Shown here piece after piece: positions 9,922-20,472 of a stretch of 64,000 bases of DNA. A program made the translations under genes and the position numbers. This stretch comes from a virus, in the IMG/VR virus record IMGVR_UViG_3300045125_000156. One strand, given 5' to 3'. Each line of letters begins with the position of its first letter. Position 1 is the stretch's first letter. The notes under the pieces are model-generated. The model did not search any database. It was not told the origin of the DNA and saw only the letters and a program-made list of their open reading frames with translations.

Positions 9922-12900
9922 ATGACCCAACTCACGCCCGTGCTCACCGACGCAGAAACGCTTCGCGGAAAGATTCACGAGAAGGTCACCGGCGCGCTCG
10001 CCAGCGTGTTCCCGATGGACCTTAAAGGGCGGACGTTGGAGGTCAAAGACCTGAAGGTGCACCATCGCGACTACTCGTCCGACGAGCAGAAGAAAGCCCT
10101 GCTGAGCGGCGACTCCTGCAGACACCTGTGAAGGGGACGTTGGTGCTCAAGGGCGCCGATGGGCGTGTGATCGATGAGGCGAAGAACTTCACCCTCGTCC
10201 ACATCCCGTACATGACGCCACGGCACACCGTGATCGCGGACGGCAACGAGTATCAGTTCGCAAATCAGATTCGCCGCAAGCCCGGCGTGTATACGCAGCG
10301 CGCCGAAAACGGAGAGCTCAAGACGATCTTCAACACGGGGCGCGGCAAAAACTTCGATCTCGGCTTCAACGAGGCCAAGGGAACGTTCTCGCTGCAATAT
10401 GGAACGAGCAACATCCCGCTCTACGCCGCCTTGCGGGGCTTAGGGGTAACGCACGACGAGATCTCCAAGCATCTCGGAGAAGGCGTCGCCAAAGCCAATC
10501 AAGTCGCGCACGAAAAACACATCGAGGCCGCTACGGCCAAGCTCTATCAGAAGCTTGAACACCCGGCCGTTTACGACCCGAAGCTCCCACACGTCGCCAA
10601 AGCCGAGGCGATCAAAAGAAGTACAGCATCGCGACGCTTGATCCGGCAGTGACCGAGCACACGCTTGGGCAGGCGCATGACCGCGTAACGCCGACAGCAC
10701 TTCTTCACGCCGCGAAAAAGATGCTCGCCGTGCACAACGGCAAAATCCCGGTAGACGACACCGACTCTCTCACCTTCAAGACCTTCCACGCCGTCGATGA
10801 CTTCCTGGCCGAGCGCATTCGTCTGACAGCGCGCACATGGGCGCCAAAAGCCAAGATGGCGTTCAGCGGCAAAAGCAACATTCGTGAAGCGCTGCGCCCC
10901 GCGCCCTTCTCGGACTCGATCCGCAAGTTCGTGACGACGTCGTCTTTGACGGCCGTACCTAGCGGGATCAACCCGCTGGAGCTCATGGATCACGCCGTGA
11001 AAGTCACGTCGCTTGGCGAAGGCGGGATCTCGTCTGACCGCGCAATCCCGCTTGACGCCCGCATGACGCACGCGACGCACTTCGGGGCGTTAGACCCGAT
11101 TCGTACGCCCGAAAGCGGATCGGCTGGTGTAGACATCCGCGCGACCATTGCCGCGCACCGCGATGACCGAGGAAACTTCTACACGGCCATGAAGGACGTG
11201 AAGACCGGGAAACAAGTCTTCATGCGGGCCGGCGACCTCGTCAAAAACGTCGTGGCGTTCCCCGGGCAAAACCTCAAGGGGAGCGTCAAAGCGTTCGTCA
11301 ACGGGAAGATTGAAGAAGTGCCGGGCTCACGGGTGACGCACGAGATGCTGCACCTGTCGCACCAGTACTCACCGGCGACGAGCCTCATCCCGATGATTCA
11401 CAACATCCAGGGCAACCGCGCGATCATGGGTTCCAAGATGGGGACTCAGGCGCTACCCCTGCTTGATCGGGAGACGCCCTACGTCCAGGTAAAGAGCCAT
11501 CTGCCGGGCGAGGTGTCGTTTGAAAAGGTCTACGGGCATCTGACCGTGCCGACATCGCCGGTCAACGGAACCGTAGAGAAGATCCAGGACGGGTACATTT
11601 ATATCCGGCCACATGGGGAGAAGAAGGCCGAGGACCGCCCCGTCATCGAACAGAAGAAGCTCGGGCCGCACACCTTCAACCTGGAGATGCTGCGCCACCA
11701 GTTTGAGGACGCTCCTGGTATGCTCACGACCCGATCGGGCAACTGGGACTACGGCCATCTACCCGGCTACACGGGGCCTGATGGGGACTCCCTCGACTTC
11801 TTCGTCGGCGACCACCACGACGGGCACATCTTCTCGTTCGACAAGCAGCGCAACGACGACGGCAAGGGCTGGAAGACCACGGACACGAAGTTCGTGGTGG
11901 GCGTGACGCCCGAGCAGAAGGCTGAGTTCCGTCGCCGCCAGGCCGTGTACAACTCTGGGCCCGCACCCATGCGGCACACGAACATCCGAGAGTACAAGGA
12001 CTGGGGCCACCTCCAGCGCCACATCGACGAGCACTTCAAGAACGAGAAGAGCGCCGCTGCCAAGGACGACGGCCTCATCAAAGTCCCCTACGAAACGAAC
12101 TTCCCGTTCCCCTCAAAGACCTACCTGCATCACGACATTCAGGTAAAGCCGGGGCAGACAGTTCAGCAGGGGCAACGCCTTGGCGACTCGAACTTCACGC
12201 GCAACGGCACGCTCGCGCTCGGGAAGAACCTGCTCGTTGGGTACATGGCCTATCACGGCTTGAACTCCAATGACGCCGTCGTCATCAGCGAAAGCTGCTC
12301 CAAAAAGCTCACCAGCGAGCACATGTACCGCGAGATCTACCCACTCGTCACAAATCGAGCTCTCGCGCGACAAGCACAAATCCTATTACGGCACCAAGTT
12401 CACGCCGCAGCAGTACGCGAAGCTTGATGCTTCCGGCGTGATCAAGCCCGGTACGCGTGTTGACCCGAAAGACCCGCTCGTACTCGGGCTGACGCGCGCT
12501 CAGATTCAAGGGCAAGACCTTCTCCTTGGGCGCATCTCGAAGTCGCTGACCAAGCCCTACAAAGACGTCGTGCTTCAATGGGGGCACGGCACCCCCGGCG
12601 TGGTCGTTGAAGTCCTCCGAAGCTCGGGGCAGATCGCGATTTTGATCAAGACCCAGGAGCAGATGCAAGTCGGCGACAAGCTGGCCGGGCGTTACGGGAA
12701 CAAGGGCGTCGTCGCGAAGATCGTCGCTGATCACGAAATGATTAAGGACGAGAAAGGACGCCCGCTCGATCTCATCCTGACGTCCGCTGGCGTCGTAAGC
12801 CGCATCAATCCCGCACAGGTCATCGAAACCGCCGTCGGCAAAGTCGTCGAGAAGACGGGCAAGCCCATTCTCTACGACAACCAGGAGCACAAGGACGCCG

Positions 12901-14840
12901 TTCAGTGGGCCAAGGGGCTTTTGAAAGAGCACGGCATCAAAGACAAAGAGCACGTCTTTGACCCTGTGACCAAACGGACGATCGTCGGACCTGACGGCAA
13001 GGGCGTGCTCGTCGGGCGGCAGTTCATCTACAAGCTCTTCAAGAGTACGGACACAAACTTCTCCGGCCACGGCGTCGGCCCGTACGACGTAAACGAACAG
13101 CCCCTGAAGACTGGCGGGGACGAGAGCGCCAAGGGCATCGGCAAGATGGAGTTCGACGCCATCGTGGCCCACAACGCCCGTAACTTTCTGCAGGAGGCCG
13201 CGTCAATCAAAAGCCAGAAGAACGATGAGTTCTGGCGTGCGATCCAGCTCCGGGATGCCGCTGCCGACCCCAAAGCCTTCGTTCGCCTTCAACAAGTTCA
13301 CCGCCATGCTTGAAGGCGCGGGGATCAAAGTCGACAAGCGGGGGTCGAAGTTCAAGCTCTTGCCGCTAACCGACAAAGACATCACACAGCGCAGCAAAGG
13401 CGCGATCACCGAAAAGGAAACGCTGATCGCCAAGAACCTGAAGCCGATTAAGGACGGCCTCTTTGACCCGCTGAAGACAGGCGGGCCTCAAGGCACGCTG
13501 TACTCTCACATCGACCTCCATGAGCCGATCCCGAACCCGGTATTCACCGAGCCGGTGCGGCGCCTTCTCGGGCTGTCCACAAAAGACTTCGAGCAGCGGC
13601 TACACGACCATGGCGGCGCGTGGTTTCACAAAGAGCTTCAAAAGATCGACGTTGACACGAAACTCAACGAGCTCACCAAGGCGATGAACAAAGCGTCGGG
13701 CCCTGAGCTCGACAACCTCGTCAAGCAGGTGAAGTACCTCCGCGCCCTGAAGAGCGAAAACCTGAAGCCCCACGAGGCTTACATCCTGTCCAAGGTGCCG
13801 GTGATTCCGCCGGTCTTTCGCCCGGTGCTGCCCGAAATGCGCGACCCGTCCAAGCTGATGGTTGCGGACGCCAACAAGCTTTACGGGCACCTTCTCGACA
13901 CGAACAATACGCTCAAGACCACTGCCCTTGAGAGCGATCGCGGCAAGCACCGCGCCCTTGTCTTTAAGTCTGTCGGGGCGGTCTTCGGCATGAATGACCC
14001 CGAGGACGAGAAGCTGCAGAAGCAGGAAGTGAAAGGCTTCCTACAGAATATTGCCGGCGTGAGCACCCCGAAGGGCGGCTTCTTTCAGCGCAAGCTCATG
14101 CGCCGAACGCAAGACGTATCAGGACGTGGAACGGCCGTGCCGGACGGAAACCTCGGCATGGATGAAGTGGGCATTCCGGAGCAGATGCTCTGGCAGATGC
14201 TCGACAAACTCATCGTGGCGCGCCTAGTCCGGCAGGGGTACTCAGCCCTACAGGCGCGCGACCTTGTCGACAAAAAAGCGCCCGTCGCCCGCGAAGCCAT
14301 GCTCGCCGAAAGTCGTGAGCGCCCCGTACTCATCAACCGTGCGCCGACGCTTCACCGCTGGTCGGTTGTGGCCGCGTATCCAAAGCCGGTGCAGGGCAAG
14401 ACGAGATCCGCGTCAACCCCTTCGTCGAGAAGGGCATGAACCTCGACTACGACGGCGACACCCTTCAGGTGCACGCGCCCGTTCAACCGGGGGCCGTCGA
14501 AGACGCAAAGAAGATGACGCTCAGCCAGATGCTCCTGGCGGACCAACAGCGTAACAAGCTCATGGCCTTCCCACAGCACGAGGCCATCATCGGCTTTACG
14601 CTGGCGTCAAAGGCCACACCTACGGGACCGGCGCACCGATTCAAGACGCGCGACGAAGCCATGGCCGCGTGGCGTTCCGGCAAACTCAAGCTCACGGATG
14701 GCATCATCATCGAGCACGAAAAGAAAGCGGGAGCCGACGATTTTAGCGAGCCTTTAGACGGCACGCCGATGACGTCTGACGACGCGCTATGCTATTACCC
14801 AGCGGAGAGTGTGACGGGCTATGAACCGCAAGCTAGCTGA
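9922..14840 (+). CDS. rpoB-rpoC: Multi-subunit RNA polymerase: beta fused to the N-terminal half of beta' (several indels)
   Basis: Beta motifs IPYMT..QIRRKPGVY, SLGEGG..THFGALDPIRTPES, NRAIMGSKMGTQALPL, LALGKN, GDKLAGRYGNKGVV, VSRINPAQ and GIGKMEF. These run within one ORF (13225-14439) into beta' motifs GLFD..SHIDL, VPVIPPVFRP, QDVSGRG and LINRAPTLHR; the catalytic NLDYDGD follows in ORF 14436-14840. Confidence 0.92.
11618..12060 (+). other. Inorganic-pyrophosphatase-like domain inserted in RNAP beta
   Basis: DYGHLPGYTGPDGDSLDFFVG and a downstream TDTKF resemble family I PPase NYG.IP.T...DGDPLD...D.K; the flanks are collinear with RpoB. Confidence 0.7.
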
Positions 14841-15432
14841 CATGTTGAGCGGGAGCCTGACTTCGACGTCGATCAAGCGCCCAGGCGAGCCAATGATTCA
14901 CGCCGTGAAAACGGAAGGCCCGCTCGGTAACCTGCTGAAGTCGATGGTCCCTGGGCCCTCGATGCACGCGATGCTCCGCGACATGGTGCCGTCGTCGATG
15001 AGCGGCGATGATTGCGGCTGCGACAACGTAGAAATCTTGAAGAAGCTGTCGTCCAAGAAGTACCAGCTGATCCTCGCGTACATTCATTACGGAGATCAAC
15101 TACGGGCGCTCTACCGGGACCGGCATCTACGAGCACTTTCAGGGCACCTGGAAGAAGAGCGCTCCCAGCTCTATCAGATCAACAAGAAGGTCACCGCCCT
15201 GGGGCATGACGCACCTTGTTGTCCGGGCGAAGTGCCGCCGGTGCCGCTCAACGACGCCAAGGCGATTTTTCGTGTCGCCCTGAAGATCGAAGAAGAATCG
15301 GTGCAACTCTGGTCCGATCTTTTCCGTCAAACCGACGACGACGTCGCCCTCAACGGCATGGCCCAGACGTATGCCCAGGAGTGCCAGGGGCACGCAGACG
15401 ATCTAAAGCGCTATCTGCGGAGCTGTGAATGA
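14821..15432 (+). CDS. Ferritin-like (bacterioferritin/Dps-like) four-helix-bundle protein
   Basis: Helical pattern AYIHYG..., HLEEERSQ...KVTALG, IEEE...W..LF, AQECQGHADDL with the E/ExxH spacing of ferritin-like folds. Confidence 0.65.
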   Translation: MNRKLADMLSGSLTSTSIKRPGEPMIHAVKTEGPLGNLLKSMVPGPSMHAMLRDMVPSSMSGDDCGCDNVEILKKLSSKKYQLILAYIHYGDQLRALYRDRHLRALSGHLEEERSQLYQINKKVTALGHDAPCCPGEVPPVPLNDAKAIFRVALKIEEESVQLWSDLFRQTDDDVALNGMAQTYAQECQGHADDLKRYLRSCE

Positions 15433-15525
15433 GTCACGTTAGCGGCCACGAGACACCTCAAGTAAAACGAGAGCGCGGGTTCTACCGGGACCCCGATCCG
15501 CGTTTCAAAGACTTCAAGGGGAAGT

Positions 15526-15726
15526 TTGAGGACGCATCTCGGAGCAATGGCGAACGGCAGGTCAAAGAGGGCGGCGATTCGACACGTGCTTGCCAAGTAC
15601 GCGCTACTCGACGAGGTCGGGAACCCCATCGACGGCCTCACCGAAATTATCCGGGGCGACGACTTCGGTTATACTAAGCGCCGCGCTGGACGGCCGGCAC
15701 GGATGAGTGATGAAAAACCTGTCTGA
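15526..15726 (+). CDS. Small hypothetical protein with K-x-A motifs
   Basis: 66-aa ORF containing SKRAA and LAKYA. Confidence 0.4.
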   Translation: MRTHLGAMANGRSKRAAIRHVLAKYALLDEVGNPIDGLTEIIRGDDFGYTKRRAGRPARMSDEKPV

Positions 15727-15813
15727 GGGCCGCCATCCGGACTCGGTGCAGGCTGGACGGCGGATCAACTAGGCTGGAACCAGGGCGTGTCGTACGGCGG
15801 CGTATGACCGTGT

Positions 15814-15819
15814 TACACT
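15814..15819 (+). promoter_or_regulatory. Putative -10 element (TACACT) 6 nt upstream of the beta'-C start; example of a leaderless-type promoter
   Basis: No SD sequence; similar TAnnnT elements lie 5-9 nt before eight other starts. Confidence 0.45.
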
Positions 15820-15825
15820 AGCGCC

Positions 15826-17635
15826 ATGCCTACGCCCGTTTCAGTTGGTCACTTCCTGATCAACGACGTCTTGCCCGAGACCCACAAAATCACCGGGCCG
15901 GTCACGAACAAAAACGTGCACGATCACGTCGTCGGTCTGGCCAAAGATAACCCCGCCGAGTACGTGAAAGTCATCACGGCGCTTAAGCGGCGAGGCGACG
16001 AAATTGCCACACTTGAAGGTGTGAGCGTCGGCCTTGACGACATCGCACCCGATTACAAAGCACGCGACGCGATATTGAAACCTGCGATTGCGAAGATTGA
16101 AAAAGCCAAGACCGAGATCGAGCGGGAAAAGCTCGTCATCGAGGCGCAAAACGCGCTACTCGATTATACAAAAAGCACCCCGGCTCGATGACGCATATGG
16201 CATCTTTCCGGAGCGCGCGGAAACCCCGCACAGCTCATGAAGATCGTCGCGACGCCGCTGGCGGCGGTGCACCGAAGCACGGTATCGAGCGGATACCCAT
16301 CAAGCGGAGCTACGCCGAAGGGCTGACCGCCGCCGAGTACTGGGCGACCGTGCCTGAGGTCCGCGCCAATAACGTCGCCACCGTGGTGTCGGTCTCCGAG
16401 CCTGGTGAAATGGCCAAAGTCCTCGTCAACAACATGATCGGGACGACGGTCACGCGGCCGGATTGCGGAACAAAAACGGCGTGCACATGCGCCTCGACGA
16501 CGGCCACATTCTGGACCGGTACGCACAAGACAGCCGGGGCGTTGCACGGAATACGCTTGTAACGCCCCGGCTCGTACAGGAGCTTAAAAGCAAAAACATC
16601 CAAGAGCTCCTCGTGCGCTCACCGATGACGTGCGCCGCTTCGCATGGCGTCTCGCCAGCATTGCCAAGGGCACAGCGAAAAGGGGCAGCTTCACGGGATT
16701 GGCGCTCCGGTGGGCGTGCGCGCCGCACTAGGCTCTGGCAGAGCCTTTGACACAGATGGCGCTCTCATCAAAGCACGCCGTACTGACGATCAAAGAGCGA
16801 AAGCTTGAGCCGACAGGGCTTAAAGGCGTGCGGCAATACCTTGAAGTCCCCAAGGCTTTCAAGTTCGAAGCAGTGCTTGCCCCGCACGCGGGCGTCGTCA
16901 CTAAAATAGAAAAGGCTCCGCAAGGCGGGCACTACATCGTCGTCGGAAGCGAAAAGCTATACGCGCGCCCGGAGCTAACGGTGACGATTGAAATGGGCGC
17001 TCGCGTGGAGCACGGTGACGCGCTCACAGACGGCGTTCCAAACCCGCAAAAGGTTGTGGCCGCAAAGGGTCTTGGGGCCGGCCGAAATTACTTCGTCAAC
17101 GCCGTCCATCGCGTGTATCAGGGCGACGGCATCAACCTTGACAAGCGGCACCTTTGAGCTATTGGCCAAGAGCGAAATGAACCACGTTCGATTTTTGGAA
17201 ACGGACGATCATCATCCGGAGTTTCTAAAGGGTGACGTCGTAAACTACAACGCGTTCCGAGACGCGTATATGAAGGATGCTAAGCGCGTCCCGCTCGACC
17301 AGGCCATAGGCAGTCTTTTGGGGCAAGAAGTGCTGCACCATACTGTCGGCACGCCTATTACTCCCGGGCTTGCGCAAGAGTTGAAATCAAAGCGGTGTTC
17401 GTGAGGTGATGGTGAACAAGCGCCTGCCTCAAGTAGAATTTGTAATGAAGCCCTTCGCCATGAACCCCCTGCTAGAAAGCGACTGGATGGCGCGTTTGGC
17501 GCACCGCTATCTCAAAGGGTCGCTACAGCAGGCTGCGCAATTTGGCGAGACCTCCGACATCCACGGCACCCATCCCATTCCGGCCTACGCTTACGGTGCT
17601 GAACTTCGGAACGGCCCATCGGGACAATACTGATG
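15826..17635 (+). CDS. rpoC: RNA polymerase beta' C-terminal half, frameshifted
   Basis: GVSVGLDDI, (G)ARGNPAQL (frameshifted), IPIKRSYAEGL, PDCGT, VRSPMTC and trigger-loop region LAEPLTQMALSSKH, collinear with the RpoC C-terminal half. Confidence 0.85.
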
Positions 17636-18177
17636 CCTCAAGATCTTCACGCCGTGAAACTAGCCGCCGAACGCCGATATTGGCGTCATACGGGCTGCAC
17701 AAGCTCGCGAACGCCCCACCTGGAATTTTTAGGCGCGCGGCTAACCGCCTATTTCGATATCGCCAGGGAGCCCTCAACGAAAGCACCGCCCGAGGCATCG
17801 TGGGGAGTGTTGGGGACATGGCCCGCGACATGATCTTTGGAAGCCCCCTGTCGCTTAAAGACCAGCTATTAAAGCACCGCGCCGAAACTGGCGGCTGGGG
17901 GCAAGCAATTGCCCGGCACTTTGGGGAATTTTATGTTCCCAGATCAACTGGCTCGACAACCATGGACGTCGTTAGCCGGGGCATGAGCTTAGGTTTTCCG
18001 GCCTACGAGCTCTATGGCGCAGCCACTACCGAAAACCCAGAAGTGCGCCGCCAGCGCATGGCAGGGGCTCTGGCAGGGCTTGCAGCCGCGCCCATAACCG
18101 GCTACTTGGGTTTACCAGGGGCCATTGCTTCAAGCGCTATCTCAAATCTTGCAAGCAAAGCGGTAGCAAGAACCTAA
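17633..18177 (+). CDS. Putative internal virion protein (K-x-A leader, Gly/Ala hydrophobic segment)
   Basis: MPQDLHAVKLAA, HKLANA and AGALAGLAAAPITGYLGLPG; frameshift near 17680. Confidence 0.55.
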
Positions 18178-18222
18178 GCCCAGAAACGCCTCATAATTGA
18201 AATCGACAAGGAGTTCTCCGAA

Positions 18223-20400
18223 ATGAGTCTGTTTAAGCACGCCATGGTTTCTGGGATCAACGACGCCCTCGTAGATAGCGGCGCCGTGATGTGGCCCAAC
18301 GAGCAGGTAGGCTTCGAGGTCTGCTCGAAAATTGCCGCCGATCTCGACGGCCCGGACATGCTTCCTGACGGGGGCCTCGCGCCCGACAGCGCGCTCCTGA
18401 TTGGCGGGCGCCTCAAGGAGGCTTCGGACTACCTCCTTCAAAATGGCTACGTCCCAACCCAGGAGTCGCAGTACATCGCCAAGGTCGCGTCGGAGATGAA
18501 CTTCGCGGATCGCGCGGCGGGCGTAGCGTCGGCCTGCATGGACAAGGCCGCTGCGGACGCGTCGCTGACGAACGTGGGCCCTAACACCGCCGAGTCGGCG
18601 GCGCAGACCGACCAGCACGCGGCGCTCGATCTGCGCAACCGGGCGATCAACGAGTACCTGGCGGGCGTAGGCCACACCCGTTTCCCCACGGGTGGCATTG
18701 TCGGCCAGCAGATGGTCGCGCCGGGGCGCATGATGAGCCCAGCGTTTTCGAACAGTTTGACGTCGCTGGATAAGCAGGCGGATGCCAGGCCGCTGCCTCC
18801 CCGACCGTCGCGGGGCAACCACTTTGATACGATACCCGACTCGGCGGCTGCCCGTCTGGAACGGGCCGATGGAATCGCAACTCCACGGGGCAACGCTAAA
18901 CAACTCCACGCTCGTCGACCCCTTTCGGATGGCGGCTGTTGAGACGACCTTAGGGGGCGTTGGCCCCGCAGCCGGCGATCCTCGCTCGCTCGCCCGACTA
19001 GACGCTATCCAGAAGACCTTAGGGGCGTTGGCCCCGCAGCTCTCGCTGAAGCTGCTGCCTCCCCGGCCGTTGCGGAGGCCGCCAAGAATCAGCCCGGCGC
19101 CATCATGCGCTACCCTCCAAAGCGCAAAGACAAACCCTTCGCCGCAGGCGGCGCAAAAGAGGTCGCCAAGGCTCTCGCCAAGCACCCCGGTACGCACGCC
19201 GCCCTTCTCGCGGGTCTCGGCGCCGGCGCCTACCACATGATGGGCGATGATGGCCGCGAAGTCACCGCGAGCGAAGACCTCTCGGGCGCGGACATGGGCG
19301 CCGACTCCGACGAGATGATCCGTCAGATCATGGCCGGTGAGGGCGTCGGGCAGCACGCGTCGCCAGAGCTCGTGGCGGCACTCAACGCCGAGATGCAGAA
19401 GGAGTCGGCGGATCAGGGCTACATCGAGTGGCTCGCTGAGAAGATCGCTAAAGAGGAGGAGAAGAAGAAGCTTATCGAGCGGCTCAAGGACGTTGCCGGT
19501 AAGGGCAAGGAAAAGGCTCTTGCGTACGCGCGCAGCGCCAAGGAGAACCCGTTCGCGAAGGCCACTCGCGACAAGGGCGTTATGGAAGTCGCCAAGGCTG
19601 TGGGCAAGCACCCCGGAACGCACCTCCTAGGCGCCGCCGGCCTCGCGTACGGCGGGAAGAAGCTGTACGACAAGTACAAAGAGGACAAGGAGGAAGGGGC
19701 GAAAGAGGCAGCCTACCTCGAATTCCTCGCTGAGAAATACGCCGCAGAAGGCGATAAGAATCTCAGCGATAAGGCCAAGGAGATGGCCGGCAAGGTCAAG
19801 GAAAAGGCTCTTGCGTACGCGCGCAGCGCCAAGGAGAACCCGTTCGCGAAGGCCACTCGCGACAAGGGCGTTATGGAAGTCGCCAAGGCTGTGGGCAAGC
19901 ACCCCGGAACTCACCTCGTAGGCGCCGCAGGCCTCGCGTACGGCGGGAAGAAGCTGTACGACAAGTACAAGGAGGACAAGGAAGACGAGAAGTCTGCCGC
20001 ACTCCTTGAGTACCTCAAGGCCGCTGCGGACGGCTCGCTCACCGACGTCGGGGAGAACACCCCGGAGTCCGCCGCGCATTCGGACTCGGTTGCGGCCCTT
20101 GACCTCAAGAACCGCGCAGTCAACGAGTACCTCATGGGCGTCGGCAAGACCCGCATGCCGAACAAGGGCCAGGTCTACGCCGTTGAGCCCGCTGACCAGG
20201 ATGACCCGGTGCATGCGCACAACCTACCGACCGATGAGACCAAGAGCGCCGAGCTTGCGTACGTGAACAACTTCCGCAAGATCGCCGCCGATCTCGGCCC
20301 TACCTCCCCGCGACCATGAGCCGTGACGAGAAGGTGGCGCACCTTCAGACCATGCTCGGCCTCCCCCGGCTGAGCGCGTAGAGTACGTACAGGCCCTTCA
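18223..20400 (+). CDS. Large repetitive putative virion core protein or polyprotein, frameshifted
   Basis: AAGGAG SD; many K-x-A motifs; duplicated domain KAAAD.SLT.VG.NT.ESAA....AALDL.NRA.NEYL.GVG.TR.P near 18540 and 20020. Confidence 0.7.
19506..19980 (+). repeat. Near-identical direct repeat of about 185 nt, period 291 nt (97 codons)
   Basis: Copies start at 19506 and 19797 (caaggaaaaggctcttgcgtacgcgcgcagcgccaaggagaacccg...), in frame. Confidence 0.9.
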
Positions 20401-20472
20401 CGCTGGCTGATCGCAGTAACAACTAGCGTCTCTTCGAACGCCTGCGGCTATACTAGCCGCAGGCGTTCGCCT

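Noticed and set aside
9922-17635. Cellular rpoBC operon or host contamination
   Set aside because: It is highly divergent, lacks ribosomal-protein neighbours, lies among virion genes and carries the same palindrome and K-x-A motifs.
18142-19623. Long antisense ORFs (also 3787-4731, 12348-13172, 29737-30573, 47089-48177)
   Set aside because: They are shadows of GC-rich, codon-biased genes on the opposite strand and carry no motifs.
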